A DNA stretch of 64,000 nt, taken from the NCBI RefSeq assembly GCF_009914755.1, contig NC_060937.1; one strand, given 5' to 3'. The position numbers and the translations under genes were made by a program. The notes under the pieces were generated by a model. That model saw nothing but the letters and a program-made list of their open reading frames with translations, was not told the DNA's origin and made no database searches. How positions within the stretch are numbered: position 1 is the stretch's first letter; the number at the start of each line of letters is the position of its first letter. Positions 14,600 to 28,820 of this stretch are shown piece after piece. Source of the stretch: the human T2T-CHM13v2.0 reference genome, Homo sapiens.

Positions 14600-16590
14600 C
14601 TCTAAGGAACCATATAGTGACAACTTTGACATCAAATGTATATAACATTCATTTCATCAAAATCTCTTTTTGTTTTGCTTTCTTTTGTTTTCGCTGAATG
14701 CCTTAACATTTTAGAACTAACTAGTGTCCTATGAAACACACTTAGAAAATATTGGCAGAGACCAGAACTTCCCAATTGCTTCTCTGCAGAACAGCTGTTT
14801 CAAAATTAGACTACACGGTAACCACAAAAGGAAAAATAGAAACAAGAACGATCATCTAAACTTCCATCAGCAACTGCTGACAGTTTTGTTTTGCTTTCCA
14901 TTCCTTTCTTTTCCTGGTTCTTATAAACAACTTTAAAATTTGTAATCAAAACATAGGTGATAGTTTATGTTCTTGTTTTCTCACTATTATTTAACTGTAA
15001 ATCTCTTTTCTTATTATTCCATGGTTTTAATAATAATAATTTTTACTAATCCATCAAGAAAATATCATCATTTATATACCGTCCCTCTTTGTGTGACTCT
15101 AAGGTCAATCCCAATGGTTCTGCAATTATAAATTCTTTTGCATCCAAAAAACAGGTAAAATCATATCTTCTCTTTAGAGTTATTTCCTCAGAATAAATTC
15201 CCAAATGTATGATAACCCAGTTATGGGATCCGAACAGTATTATGCTGATGGAAATATTTGGTCTTGATGGAATTAGTACATTCGTATCTCTGGAGTGAAG
15301 TTAAGAAATGGATGAGATTCTCAAAAGCTGTCAAGCCATCTCTTACATGATTTACCTGTTAAAATCAGATTTCCCAGTGGACAGATGCAAAATACAGAAA
15401 CAGTCCTCATACTCAGAGAGAACAGAGTCTTTCCAATACCATTTATTTAACTGTTGAGTTTATAGAGATAGAGAAGCTGTATATTTGAATCTCCATAATT
15501 CTTAAACACCCTGCCAACCTCTGTCCTTGCTTTCTCCTGGTGTCCCTAACCCCAGGAGCCATTTATTTCTGGCATTGAGGTACTTAGATGTTACTACCCA
15601 CTCTCCACCTCTGGAACTGGAGATAAATGCCAATTTAGGATATATCTTTTAAATAGAGGACTGCCTGTGGTTGAAAAGCTTTAGCATCTCATCTCTGTAG
15701 CTGTAGAATTTCAGATCTTAATATCCAAAAGAAGAACAAAAACCAGGAAAAAAATTGTATTTTCTTGTTAAAATTCAATCTGAACAGAGTACGGGTACAT
15801 GAATATGAGTACAATTACACTTTAAGTTTGAGTTGTCAATGAGAAAGTTTGCAAAAGCAATGATAATTCCAAGGGGCCTTTCTGACCCTCTGGAGCAGAT
15901 CAAAGTAAAAGCACCCTATCTTATAATTCTGGAACTGAGCAGAAGGATCAACAAACAGTCTACACTGCCCTCACTCTGGAATGCTGATTTTCTGAATAAA
16001 AGTATCGAAGGAGCTACAAGCTCAGAGCTCAGGCTTTGCCCGCTGGCTTGGTGACAGTGATTTTGTACTCCTTCCATGTAAGGACTTGGTGATAATGTGG
16101 TTCTTTCCTCAAGCTTCTGGTTCAATCAGAATTTTAGAAGCAAGATAAACCTTGAACATGGGCCACTAGAGCCACAGGAGTATCTCAACACATATGGCCA
16201 CAGAGGGGTTACTGAAGTAGAAGAGTATTGATCATGTTTATTCCAGTTTTAAAACACCTTTATAGTCTTACGGGTTTTTGTCCTGGTGTGTTTGTTGTTT
16301 ATCCTTCTATCCTATCTTTTAACTGAAATGATGCTACTAAGAAGAAAAAAAATGCATGAACTAAGGTAGAAAGTGAGGAATAAACTTTAAAGGCAGTATT
16401 TTGAGGAGAATAAACTTTAAAAAATTATTGAATAGATGCTATTTGCAAAACACTGAATAGAACAATAACAATAAAACAAAGCTGGAAAAATGGAAGAAGA
16501 AATACAAACAAATTATATAGTCAAGTTATAACATACAACATCTAACTAAAAAAGCATTTTAAAAATGAAAAGCGTTACATTTACTTTCCC

Positions 16591-17012
16591 ACTTGCAGTG
16601 GGAATGTAAATTAGCACAGTTACCATAGAGAACAGTGTGGATGTTCCTCAGAAAAACTAAAAATACCAAATGATCCAATAATTCCCTGTCTAAGTACTAT
16701 CAAAAAGAAAGGAAATCAGCATACCAAAGAGGTACCTGCATTCTCATGTTTATTGTAGCACTATTCACAACAGTCAAGATATGGAATCAATCTAAGTGCC
16801 TATTATTGGAAAAATGGATAATGAAAATGTGGTACGTATTTACAATGGAGTACTATTTAGCCATAAAAAAGAATGAAATCCAGTCATTTGCAGCAATATG
16901 GAAGGAACTGGAGGACATTATGTTAAGAAAAATAAGACAGACAGAGAAAGACAAATGTCACATGTTCTCAGTCATATGTGGGACCAGAAAAGTGGATCTC
17001 ATAAAGTAGATT
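16591..17012 (+). mobile_element. L1MA-type ORF2 C-terminus and start of 3'UTR (sense piece)
   Basis: ORF 16746-17009 (MFIVALFTTVKIWNQSKC...MEYYLAIKKNEI) is the L1 ORF2 C-terminus. Confidence 0.9.
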
Positions 17013-17019
17013 GTTGGGA

Positions 17020-20000
17020 TACGTTCCCACCAACAGTGAATGAGGGTTCGTTCCTCTTTCTCCACATCCTCGCCAGATTGCCTATCTTTTTGATAAAAAG
17101 CCATTTTAACTAGTGTGATGATTAGTGATGTTGAATATTTTTCATATGCCTGTCAGTCATTTGTATGTCTTCTTCTGAGAAATGTCTAGTCAGATCTTTT
17201 GCCCATTTTTTAGTAAAATTATTTTTTTGCTATTGTTTGAGTGTCAGATGGATAGTTAGCAAATATTTTCTCCCATTAGGTGGATTGTCTCTTCACTTGG
17301 TTGATTGTTTCCTCTGCTGTATAGAAGCTTTTTAGCTTGATATAATCTCATTTGTCTATTTTTGCTTTTTTTGCCTGCCCTTTTGAGGTCATACACAAAA
17401 ATTCTTTGCCCAGGCCAACATTCTGAAGCATTTCCCCAATGTTTTATTCTAGTAGTTTCACAGTTTCAGGTCTTAGATTTAAATCTTTAATCTATGTTGA
17501 TTTTATTTGTGTATATGGTGAGAGGGGGTCTAGTTTCATTCCTCTGAATATGGTTATCCAGTTTATCCAGAACCATTTATTGAAAGGACTGTCCTTTTCC
17601 TGTTATACATTCTTGTCAAAAATGGGTTGGGCTAAAAATACATGGATTTATATCTAGGTTCTCTATTCTATTCCGTTGACCTATGTATTTGTTTTTATGC
17701 CAGTACCACACTGATTTGTTTACTATTGCTTTGTAGTATATTTTGAAGTCAGGCTGTGTGGTGCCTCTAGCTTTGAAGTCGTTCATATTTCCATATAAAT
17801 TTTAGGATTGTTTTTTCTATATCTGTGAAGAATGACAGTGGTATTTTGGTAGAGGTTGCATTGAATCTTTAGATTGCTTTGGGTAGTATTGTAATTTTAA
17901 CAATATTAACTCTTCCAATTTATAAGTATAAAATATCTTTCCATGTTTTTATGTCCTCTTCAATTTCTTTCATCAGTGTTTTATACTTTTATGCTTTTCC
18001 TTATACAGATCTTTCACATCTTTGGTTACATTGATTCCTAAGTACTTTATATTCTTTGTAACTATTGTTAATGGGATTGCTTTCTTGATTTCTTTTTCAG
18101 GTTGTTTTCTGTTGGTGTATGTAAATGCTACTGATTTTTGCATATTGATTTTGTATTGTGCAACTTCACTGATTTTTTTTTATTAGTTCTAATGATAGTT
18201 GGGTGGAGTCTTTAGGTTTTTCTAGGTATAAGATCATGTCATCTGCGAACAAGGCTAATTTGTCTTATTTTCCAATTTGGATGCCCTTTATTTTTTTCTC
18301 TTGCATAATTGCTCTGAGCAGAGGACATCTGGTGTTCTGCTGAATAAAAGTGGTGGAGGTGGGCAAAGAGGAAAGGTTTTCATTTGCTCTTCATTCAGCA
18401 TAATGTTGGCTGTGGGTTTGTCATATAGGTCTTTATTATTATTACTGTTATTATTATTTTTCTCATCCAGGTTCTAGAATGAATATATAGGCTTTTATTA
18501 TTTTGAGATATGTTTCTTCTATACCCAGTTTGTTGAGGGTCTTAGTCATGAAGGGATGCTGAATTTAATCAAATGCTTTTTCAGCATCTGTTAAAATAAT
18601 CATAGGTGTTTTTTTCTTGGTTCTGTTAATGTGATGTATCATGTTTATTGATTTGCATATGTTGAACCAGCCTTGCACCCCTGGAATGAATCCCACCTGA
18701 GCCTGATGAATGATCTTATTAATGTGTTGTCAAATTCAATGTGCTAGTATTTTGCCGATAGTTTTTGCGTCTATATTCATCAGTGATTTGGCCTGTGGTT
18801 TCTTTTTTGTTGTGTTCTTGCCTGGTTTTGGTATTAGGGTAATGCTGGCTTCATAGAATGAGTTTGGAAGTATTCCATTCTCTTCAATCTTTTTTGAAGA
18901 GTTTGAGTTGAATTGGCATTAGTTCTTTTTGAAATGTGAAGTGAAGTCATCAGGTCCCAGGTTTTTCTTTGATGGGAGACTTTATTATAGCTTTGATCTC
19001 ATTACTCATTATTGATTTGTTGAAGCTTTCTACTTCTTCATAGTTCAACTTTGGTAGGTTTTATGTGTCCAAGAATTTTTGCATTTCTTCTAGGTTTTCC
19101 AGTTTGTTGGTGTATAGTTGTTCATAATAGTCTCTAACGATTCTTTGTATTTTTGTGGTCTCAGTTATAGATTTCTGTTATGTCTCCTTTTTTGTTTCTG
19201 ATTTTGTTTATTTGGGTCTTCTCTCTTTTTTTTCTTAGTCTAGCTAAAGATTTGTCAATTTTGCTTATCTTTTCATAAAAGCAATGTTTTTTTATGTTGA
19301 TCTGTATTGGGTCTTTTCAGTCTCAATTTCATTTATTTCTGCTATTATTTTTATGACTTCTTTCCTTCTACTAATTTTGAGTTTGGTTTATTCTTGCTTT
19401 TCTAATTCTTTGAGGTACATCATTAGGTTGTTCATGTGAAGTATTTCTACTTTTTTGATGTAGGCATTTATGGCATAAACACAACCTGTACTACAGCTTT
19501 TGCTGTATTTGGAATCATGTATTTCCCTTTTAATTTGTTTCAAGAGATTTTTAATTTTTTTTCTTAATTTCTTCATGGACCCATTGGTCACTCAAGACTG
19601 CATTGTTTAATTTCCATGTGTTTGTGAAGTTTCTGAGGTTTCTCTTGTTATTGATTTCTAGTTTTATTATATTGTGGTCAGAAAAGATACTTGATATGAT
19701 TTCTACATTTAACAATGTGTTCAGACTTGTTTTGTGGGCTAAAATATAATTTATTCTGAAGAATGTTCCATGTGCTGATAAAAAGAAAGTATATTCTACA
19801 GCATTTGGGTGAAATTTTCTGTAAATGTCAGTTAGGCCTATTAGGTATAATGTGTAGTTTAACTTCAATGTTTCTTTGTTGATTTTCTATCTAGATGATC
19901 TGTTCTTTACTGAGAGTGGAATGTTAAAGTCCCCTACTGTTATTGCATTGCAGTCTATCTCTCCCTTTAGATCTATTAATGTTCACCTTATATACTTCTG

Positions 20001-21165
20001 TACTCTAGTATTGGGTACATAGGAATTTATAATTATTATATCTTCTTGCTAAACTGACCCCTTTATCATTATATAGTGACCTTCTTAAATCTTTGACTTG
20101 TAGGGTACTTTATCTGATATAAGTATAGCTTCTCCTGATCTTTTTTTGTTTTCACTTGTATAGAATATCTTTTTCAACTTCTTTACTTTCAATCTACATA
20201 TGTCTTTATAGGTGAAGTTGGTTTCTTGTAGGCAGCATACAGTTTGGTCTTTTTTCTTTGTCTATTCAGCCACTGTATGTATTTTCATTGGAGAATTCAG
20301 TCCATTTATATTTAATGTTATTATCGATAAGTAAGAACTGAATACTACCATTTTGTTGTTTGTTTTCTGTTTGTTTTACAACTCCTTTATTCTTACTTAC
20401 TGCCTTCATTTATGGTTAAGTGAAGACAGTGGTATGTTTTCTCTGGTAGTATGTTTTAATTTGTTGCTAATTATTTTGAGTGTATCTATTACAGATTTTT
20501 GCATTGAGGTTAACATGAGGATTACAGAAAAAATCTTATAGATATAATAAGTAATTTTGAAGAGATGACAACTTATTTTAGATCACACAAAAAAGAATAG
20601 AAACAAGCAAATAAAGAAAAAAATAAAAAAGACACCCTATGCTTTAACTCCATCCCCCATCCAATTTTTACTTTTATTTTTAATTTTTTCACTCTGATTT
20701 GGTATCTCCTCTGGCTAAGTTGCAGAACAGAGTTTCCAGGGCTGGGGATGGTAATCCCACCTCCCATCATTGTCTTTGGTTGTCATCAAAAATATTTCTT
20801 CCCTCAGGCATTGATGATGTCTCCTTTGGGTTAAAGCAGGGACAGGATCTCCTGCCAGGGAACCCAAGATCTTGGGGAAGCTGATGTCCACCTTGATTTC
20901 ACTTTTTCCAGTGTAGAAACCCATGAGTTCGGGGATATTTTCCATGTGTTTAGTGCCAAACAGATTGTGGGGAGGGGTGCTGCAGATAGTGAAGTCTGAT
21001 TTTTTGCTGCCTACTCAGAGTTTCTTTACATCTCTGTGGCCCTGGTAGTTGTTTCATCCTCATATTTGAGTTCTGGGATATCTCAGTGCTGTATATTTGT
21101 TTTCTATTTTCTGTGGAGGAGAGTGAGGCCAGCTTGTTTGTATGCCACCAGTTTGGAACCAGAAA
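17020..21165 (-). mobile_element. L1MA/L1M2-type LINE-1 antisense piece: 5'UTR plus most of ORF2, ORF1 largely deleted
   Basis: Minus ORFs 19551-19868 (LTDIYRKFHPNAVEYTFF, endonuclease) and 19388-19591; RT region 17900-18900; 20700-21165 ends in an L1M-like 5' terminus (GAGAGTGAGGCCAGCTTG...GCCACCAGTTTGGAACCAGAA). Confidence 0.88.
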
Positions 21166-21386
21166 CTGAATAATAATGTATTGCATATTTCAAAATGTCT
21201 AAAAACTTAGAATTTACATATTCTCACCACAAAAATATTAATAAGTATGTAAGGTGATGAATATATTAATTAGCTTGATTTGGCCATTCCACAATGTATA
21301 TAAACATCACATATCAAAATATCACATTGCATCCCCAAAATATATACAATTATTATTTGTCAATGAAAAACAAAATTTAAAAAAAT
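21166..21386 (+). mobile_element. L1MA-type 3' terminus (sense piece)
   Basis: AATAATGTATTGCATATTTCAAAAT...GGTGATGAATATATTAATTAGCTTGATTTGGCCATTCCACAATGTATA...TTTGTCAAT followed by an A-rich tail. Confidence 0.85.
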
Positions 21387-23843
21387 CTATGTACATGGAG
21401 GCAAAAAATAAATAAATTCCACTCTCCCCCAGTAATACTGTATTGAAAAGGAGAATTGCCCCTCTAAGTGCATTTCCAGTTAGGTGAATTTCAGGCTGGG
21501 GGGTTAGTCTATCAAGATGAAAAGGCTTTCCTGGTGACTTGCCAAACAAATGAGGATAATTATTTACTACTGTCCTCTGAGGACTCTACAAATGAGAGCC
21601 ATTGAACTTGAGAACTAGAAGGAATCTTTGAGGTTTTGTTATTCATCTTCTTTATTTTATAGCTGAGAATAATGAAGACCAAGAGGAAAACCCAATCACA
21701 GATAACTGTTTGGTGGCAGAAGCAAGGAAAAAATCTGTTTCTCTAACTCCCTCTAATGCTCTCTTTCAATGCCATCTCCACTTCAAGACCTCAAAGTTTT
21801 TTCTTACTGTAGTCTGATATCCCTTGCCTTCCCCTGTATCCTCAGAAAAATATTCACATAGAACCTTATATTTGGAAAAGTATTTACATATCACAAAATG
21901 TAATTCTTCTTCTAGAAAATGATTTCAAATTACATCCTGAAAAGGTGAAAAGATGGTCGTGTATAACTCTTTGTGTTTTGTTGGTTTGGTAAAGAACAGT
22001 AGCTACCAAACATGATTCCAGTAGATAAGGGATGGCTACTAATCCACAGTCCCACTACCAGATTATAAAGAGAGTATGTTATACATGCTGAATCTCCATG
22101 CAATACATTTATTAAATAACATTAAGCCAGGAGGCAAAAATGATTTGCATAAAATGTTCTGTAAGTTTAATGAAGTTCCAGCTCTCAGTCCTTTTAAGTG
22201 TTCTTGCCTTAATTTGCATGAAACGTTCTCTTGAACCCAACACAACATTTCAGAGACAATATTTTGACTCTATAGTCAGCATCAGATAATCAGAAATCGT
22301 TCTAGCTAATTGCTGGACAAAGGGCTGTTTAGGGATCTCAGGTGCCAGTCCTGAATGTGCAGTGTATAGGCCTTACTGGGCTTTTAAACTCTGATCATTG
22401 CAAGATGTGAGGGGCGCAGAATGGGGAAACTGTCTCTAAAATATTTCAGCTCATCTACATATCTTGAAAACCTTGAATTTTGATTCCAGGGAAAGATGGA
22501 TGAATAGGAACAGCTTCAGTCTGCAGCTCCCAGCAAGACCAATGCAGAAGGTGGGTGATTTCTGCATTTCCAACTGAGGTCAATGGCTCATCTCATTGGG
22601 ACTGGTTAGACAGTAGGTGCAGTCCACAGAGGGTGAGCAGAAGCAGAGTGGGGTGTTGCCTCATCTGGGAAGTGCAAGGGGTTGGGGAACTCCCCTAGCC
22701 AAGGGAAGCCCTGAGGGACAGTGCAGTGAGAGACAGAGCTGTCTGGCCCAGATACTACACTTTTCCCACTGTCTTCACAACCTGCAGGCCAGGAGATTTC
22801 CTCGGGTGCCTACACCACCAGAGTCCTGGGTTTTAAGCACAAAACTGGGAGGCCGTTTGGGCAGACAACAAGATAGCTGCGGGAGTTTTTTTGATTTGTT
22901 TTGTTTTTTTGTTTTTTTGTACCACAGTGGTGCCTGGAAAACCAGTGAGACAGAACCGTTCACTCCACTGGAAAGGGGACTTAAGCCAGGGAGCCGAGTG
23001 GTCTTGCTCAGTGGATCCCACCCCCACAGAGCCCAGCAAGCTAAGATCCACTGGCTTCAAATTCTCGCTGCCAGCATAGCAGTCTGAAGTCCACCTGGGA
23101 CACTCAAGCTTGGTGGGGGGAGGGGCGTCTGCCATTACTGAGGCTTGAGTAGGCAGTTTTGCCCTCACAGTGTAAACAAAGCCAACTGGAAGTTTGGACT
23201 GGGTGGAACCCACCAAAGTGCCACAAAGCCGCTGTAGCCGGACTGCCTCTCTAGATTCCTCCTCTCTGGGCAAGGCATCTCTGAAAGAAAGGCAGCAGCC
23301 CTAGTCAGGGGCTTATAGATAAAAGTCCCATCTCCCTGGGACAGAGCACCTGGGGGAAGGGGCAGCTGTGGGCGCAGCTTCAGCAGACATAAACGTTCCT
23401 GCCCACGGACTCTGAAGAGAGCAGCAGATCTCCCAGCACAGTGCTCAAGCTCTACTAAGGGACAGACTGCCTCCTGAAGTGGGTCCCTCACCCCTGTGCC
23501 TCCGGACAGGGAGATGCCTCCCAGCAGGGGTCGACAAACACTTCATACAGGAGAGCTCCCTCCAGCACCTGGCAGGTGCCCCTCTGGGATGAAGCTTCAA
23601 GAGGAAGGGGCAAGCAACAATCTTTGCTGTTCTGCAGCCTCTGCTGGTGATACCCACGTAAACAGGGTCTGGAGAGGACCTCCAGCAAACTCCAGCAGAC
23701 CTACAGAAGAGGGGCCTGACTGTTAGAAGGAAAACTAACAAACAGAAAGCAATAGCATCAACATCAACAAAAAGGATGACCACTCAAAAACTCCATTCCA
23801 AGGTCACCAACATCAAAGACCAAAAGTAAACAAATGCACGAAA

Positions 23844-24880
23844 ATGAGGAAAAACCAGCACAAAAAAAGCTGAAAATTCCAAAAACCAGAATTCCTCTTC
23901 TCCACCAAAGGATCACAACTCTTCACCAGCAAGGGAACAAAACTGGACAGAGAATGAATTTGATGAATTAACAGAAGTAGGCTTCAGAAGGTGGGTAATA
24001 ACAAACTCCTCCAAGCTAAAGGAGCATGTTCTAGTCCAATGCAAGGAAGCTAAGAACCTTGATAAAGGGTTACAGGAACTGCTAACTAGAATAACCAGTT
24101 TAGAGAATAACATAAATGACCTGATGGACCTGAAAAACACAGCAAGAGAACTTTGTGAAGCATACACAAGTATCAATAGCCGAATCGATCAAGTGGAAGA
24201 AAGGATATCAGAGATTGAAGATGGACTTAATGAAATAAAGCATGAAGACAAGATTAGAGAAAAAAGAATGAGAAGGAACAAACAAAGCCTCCAAAAAATA
24301 CAGGACTATGTGAAAAGACCAAACCTACATTTGATTGGTTTACTTGAAAGTGACAGGGAGAACTGAACCACGTTGGAAAACACACTTCAGGATATTATCC
24401 AGGTAAACTTCCCCAACCTAGCAAGACATGCCAACATTCAAATTCAGGAAATACAGAGAACACCACAAAGATACTCCATGAGAAGAGCAACCCCAAGACA
24501 CTTAAATATCATATTCGTGAAGGTTGAAATGAAGGAAAAATGTTAAGGGCAGTCAGAAAGGTTAGGTTACCCACAAAAAGAAGCCCTTCAGACTAACAGT
24601 GGATTTCTCTGCAGAAACCCTACAAACCAGAAGAGAGTGGGGACCAACATTCGACATTCTTAAAGAAAATAATTTTCAACCCAGAATTTCATATCCAGCC
24701 AAACTAAGTTTAATAAGTGAAGGAGAAATAAAATCTTTTCAGACAAGCAAATGCTGAGGGATTTTATCACCACCAGGCTTGCCCTACTGCAGCTCCTGAA
24801 GGAAGCATCAAATATGGAAAGGAAAAACTGATACCATCCAATTTGTGTGTTTTTGGTACTGCAAAAACATATCAAGATGT
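23844..24880 (+). pseudogene. L1 ORF1p remnant (frameshifts and stops)
   Basis: ATGAGGAAAAACCAGC start; ORF 24124-24366 (MDLKNTARELCEAYTSINSRIDQVEERISEIED...YVKRPNL). Confidence 0.9.
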
Positions 24881-24942
24881 CAAGGCCATCGATGCTATGA
24901 AGAAACTGCATCAACTAATGGGCAAAATAACCAGCTAGCATC

Positions 24943-27900
24943 ATGACAGGATCAAATTCACACATAATAAGATTAACCTTAAATGTAAATGGGCTAAATG
25001 CCTCAATTAAAAGACACAGACTGGCAAATTGGATAAAGAGTCAAGACCCATCAGTGTACTGTACTCAGGAGACCCATCTCACATGCAAAGACACATATAG
25101 GCTCAAAATAAAGGGATGGAGGTAGATTTACCAAGCAAGTGGAAAGCAAGAAAAAGCAGGGGTTGCAATCCTAGTCTCTGATAAAACAGACTTTAAAACA
25201 ACAAAAATCAAAAAAGACAAAGAAGGGCATTACAGAATGTAAAGGGATTACTGCAACAAGAAGAGCTAACTATCCTAAATATATATGCACCCAATACAGG
25301 AGCACCCAGATTCACAAAGCAAGTTTTTGGAGACCTACAAAGAGACTTAGACTTCCACACAATAATAGTGGGAGACTTTAACACCCCACTGTCAATATTA
25401 GACAGATCAACGAGACAGAAAATTAACAAGAATAATCAGGACTTGAACTCAGCTCTGGACCAAATGGACCTAATAGACATCTACAGAACTCTCCACCCCA
25501 AATCAGCAGAATATACATTCTTCTCAGCACCACATCAAACTTATTCTAAAACTGACCACATAATTGGATGTAAAACACTCCTCAGCAAATGCAAAAGAAT
25601 GAAAATCACAATAAACAGTCTCTCAGACCACAGTGCGATCAAATTAGAACTCAGGATAAAGAAACTCACTCAAAACCACACAACTACATGGAAACTGAAC
25701 AACCTGCTCCTGAATGACTACGGAGTAAAAAACAAAATTAAGGCAGAAATAAATAAGTTCTTTGAAACCAATGAGAACAAAGACACAATGTACAGAGTCT
25801 CTGGGGCACAGCTAAAGCAGTGTTTAGAGGGAAATTTATAGCACTAAATGTCCACAGGAGAAAGCAGGAAAGATTGAAAATCAACACCCTAACATCACAA
25901 TTAAAAGAACTAGAGAAGCAAGAGCAAACAAATTCAAAAGCTAGCAGAAGATAAGAAATAACTAAGATCAGAGCAGAAAAGAAGGAGATAGACACACGAA
26001 AAACCGCTCAAAAAATCAATGAATCCAGGAGCTTGTTTTTTGAAAAGATTAACAGAATAGACTGCAAACCAGACTAATAAAAAAGAAAAGAGAGAAGAAT
26101 CAAATAGACACAATAAAAAATGATAAAGGGGAGATCATCACTGATCCCACAGAAATTCAAACTACCATCAGAGAATACTATAAACACCTCTATGCAAATA
26201 AAATGGAAAATCTAGAAGAAATGGATAAATTCCTGGTCACATACACCCTCCCAAGACTAAACCAGGAAGAAGTCAAATCCCTGAATAGACCAATAACAAG
26301 TTATGAAATTGAGGTAGTAATTAATAGCCTACCAACCAGGGCTAGATGGATTCACAGCGAGATTCTAACAAAGGTACAAAAAGGAGCTGGTACCATTCCT
26401 TCTGAAACTACTCCAAACAATAGAAAAAGAGGGAATCCTCCCTAACTCATTTTATGAGGCCAGCATCATCCTGATACCAAAACCTGGCAGAGACACAACA
26501 GAAAAAGAAAATTTCAGGCCAACGTTCCTGATGCACATCAATGCGAAAATTCTCAATAGAATACTGGCAAACCAAATCCAGCAGCACATTAAAAACCTTA
26601 TCCACCATGATCAAGTTGGCTTTATCACTGGGATGCAAGGCTGGCTCAGCATACACAAATCAATAAACATAATCCATCACATAAACAGAACCAATGACAA
26701 AACCCACATAATTGTCTCAATAGATGCAGAAAAGGCCTTCAATAAAATTCAACACCCCTTCATGCTAATAACACTCAATAAACCAGGTATTGATGGAACA
26801 TATCTCAAAATAATGAGTTATTTATGACAAACCCACAGCCAATATCATACTGAATGGGCAAAAGCTGGAATCATTCCCTCTGAAAACCAGTACAAGACAA
26901 GGATGCCCTCTCTCATCACTCCTATTCAACATAGTTTTGGAAGCTCTGGCCAGGGCGGTCAGTCAAGAGAAAGAAATAAAGCGTATTCGAATAAGAAGAG
27001 AGAAAGTCACATTGTCTCTGTTTGTAGATGACATGATTGTATATTTAGAAAACCCCATCGTCTCAGCCCAAAACCTCCTTAAGCTGATAAGCAACTTTAG
27101 CAAAGTCTCAGGATAAAAAATCAATGTGCAAAAATCACAAGCATTCCTGTACACCAATAATAGACAAACAGAGAGCCAAATCATGAGTGAACTCCCATTC
27201 ACAATTGCTACAAAGAAAATAAAATACCTAGAAATACAACTTACAAGGGACATGAAGGACTTCTTCAAGCAGAACTACAAACCACTGTTCAAAGGAATAA
27301 GAGAGGACACAAACAAATGGAAAAACATTGCATGCTCATGGATAGGAAGAGCCAATATCATGAAAATAGCCATATTGCCCAAAGTAATTCATAGATTCAA
27401 TTCTATTCCCATCAAGCTACCATTGACTTTCTTCAAAGAATTAGAAAAATCTACTTTAAATTTCATGCGGAACCAAGAAAGAGCCCATATAGCCAAGACA
27501 ATCATAAGCAAAAAGAACAAAGCTGGAGGCATCATGCTAACTGACTTCAAATTATACTATAAGGCTACAGTAATCAAAACAGCATGGAATTGGTACCATA
27601 ACAGACACATAGACCAATGGAACAGAACACAGGCCTCAGAAATGACTCCACACACCTACAACAATCTGATTTTCAACAAACCTGACAAAAACAAGCAATG
27701 GGGAAAGGATTCCCTATTTAATAACTGGTGTTGGGAAAACTGGATAGCCATATGCAGAAAGCAGAAACTGGACCCCTTCCTTACACGTTATACAAAAATT
27801 AACTCAAGATGGATTAAAGACTTAAACATAAGACCTAAAGCCTTAAAAACCCTAGAAGAAAACCTAGGCAATATGATTCAGGACATAGGCATGGGCAAAG

Positions 27901-28743
27901 ACTTCATGACTAAAACACCAAAAGCAATGGCAATAAAAGCTAAAATAGACAAATGGGATCTAATTAAACTAATGAGCTTCTGCAAAGCAAAAGAAACTAT
28001 CATCAGAGTTGAACAGGCAACCTACAGAATGGGAGAAAATTTTTGCAATCTATCCATCTGATGAAGGGCTAATATCAAGAATCAACAAGGAACTTAAACA
28101 AATTTACAAGAAAAAACAACCCCATCAAAAAGTGGATGAAGGATATGAACAGACACTTCTCAAAAGAAGACATTTATGCAACCAACAAACATATGAAAAA
28201 AAGCTCATCGTCAACGGTCATTAGAGAAATGCAAATCAAATCATAAGATACCATCTCACGCCAGTTAGAATGGTGATCATTAAGAAGTCAGGAAACAACA
28301 GATGCTGGAGAGGATGTGGAGAAATAGGAAGGCTTTTATGCTGTTGGTGGGAGGGTAAATTAGTTCAACCATTGTGGAAGACACTGTGGTGATTCCTCAG
28401 TCTAGGACTAGAAATACCATTTGACCCAGTAATTCTATTACTGGGTATATACCCAAAGAATTATAAATCATTCTGCTATAAAGACACATGCACATGTATG
28501 TTTATTGCAGCAGCACTATTCGCAATAGCAAAGACTTGGAACCAACCCAAATGCCCATCAATGATAGACTGGATAAAGAAAATACGGCACATATACACCA
28601 TGGAATACTATGCAGCCATAAAAAAGAATGAGTTCGTGTTCTTTTCAGGGACATGGATGAAGCTAGAAACCATCATTCTCAGCAAACTAACACAGGAACA
28701 GAAAACCAAACACCACATGTTCTCACTCATAAGTGGGAGTTGA
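24943..28743 (+). pseudogene. L1 ORF2p (endonuclease/reverse transcriptase) remnant, fragmented
   Basis: MTGSNSHI..., [16 protein letters not shown], a degenerate FVDD RT motif near 27020, ...HMFSLISGS*; split over several frames. Confidence 0.93.
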
Positions 28744-28797
28744 ACAATGAGAACATATGGATACAGGGATGGGAACATCACACAGCAGGCCCTGTTT

Positions 28798-28820
28798 GGG
28801 GATGGGGGGCTAGGGGAGGG
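28798..28820 (+). other. G-quadruplex-forming motif in the L1 3'UTR
   Basis: GGGG-AT-GGGGGG-CTA-GGGG-A-GGG. Confidence 0.6.

Noticed and set aside
22617-23783. Several 100-156 aa ORFs on both strands
   Set aside because: They lie in the GC-richer L1 5'UTR and show no recognisable protein homology.
27126-28061. Longest ORF (311 aa) as a host gene
   Set aside because: It is a fragment of L1 ORF2 inside the L1PA7; the full ORF2 is broken by stops and frameshifts.
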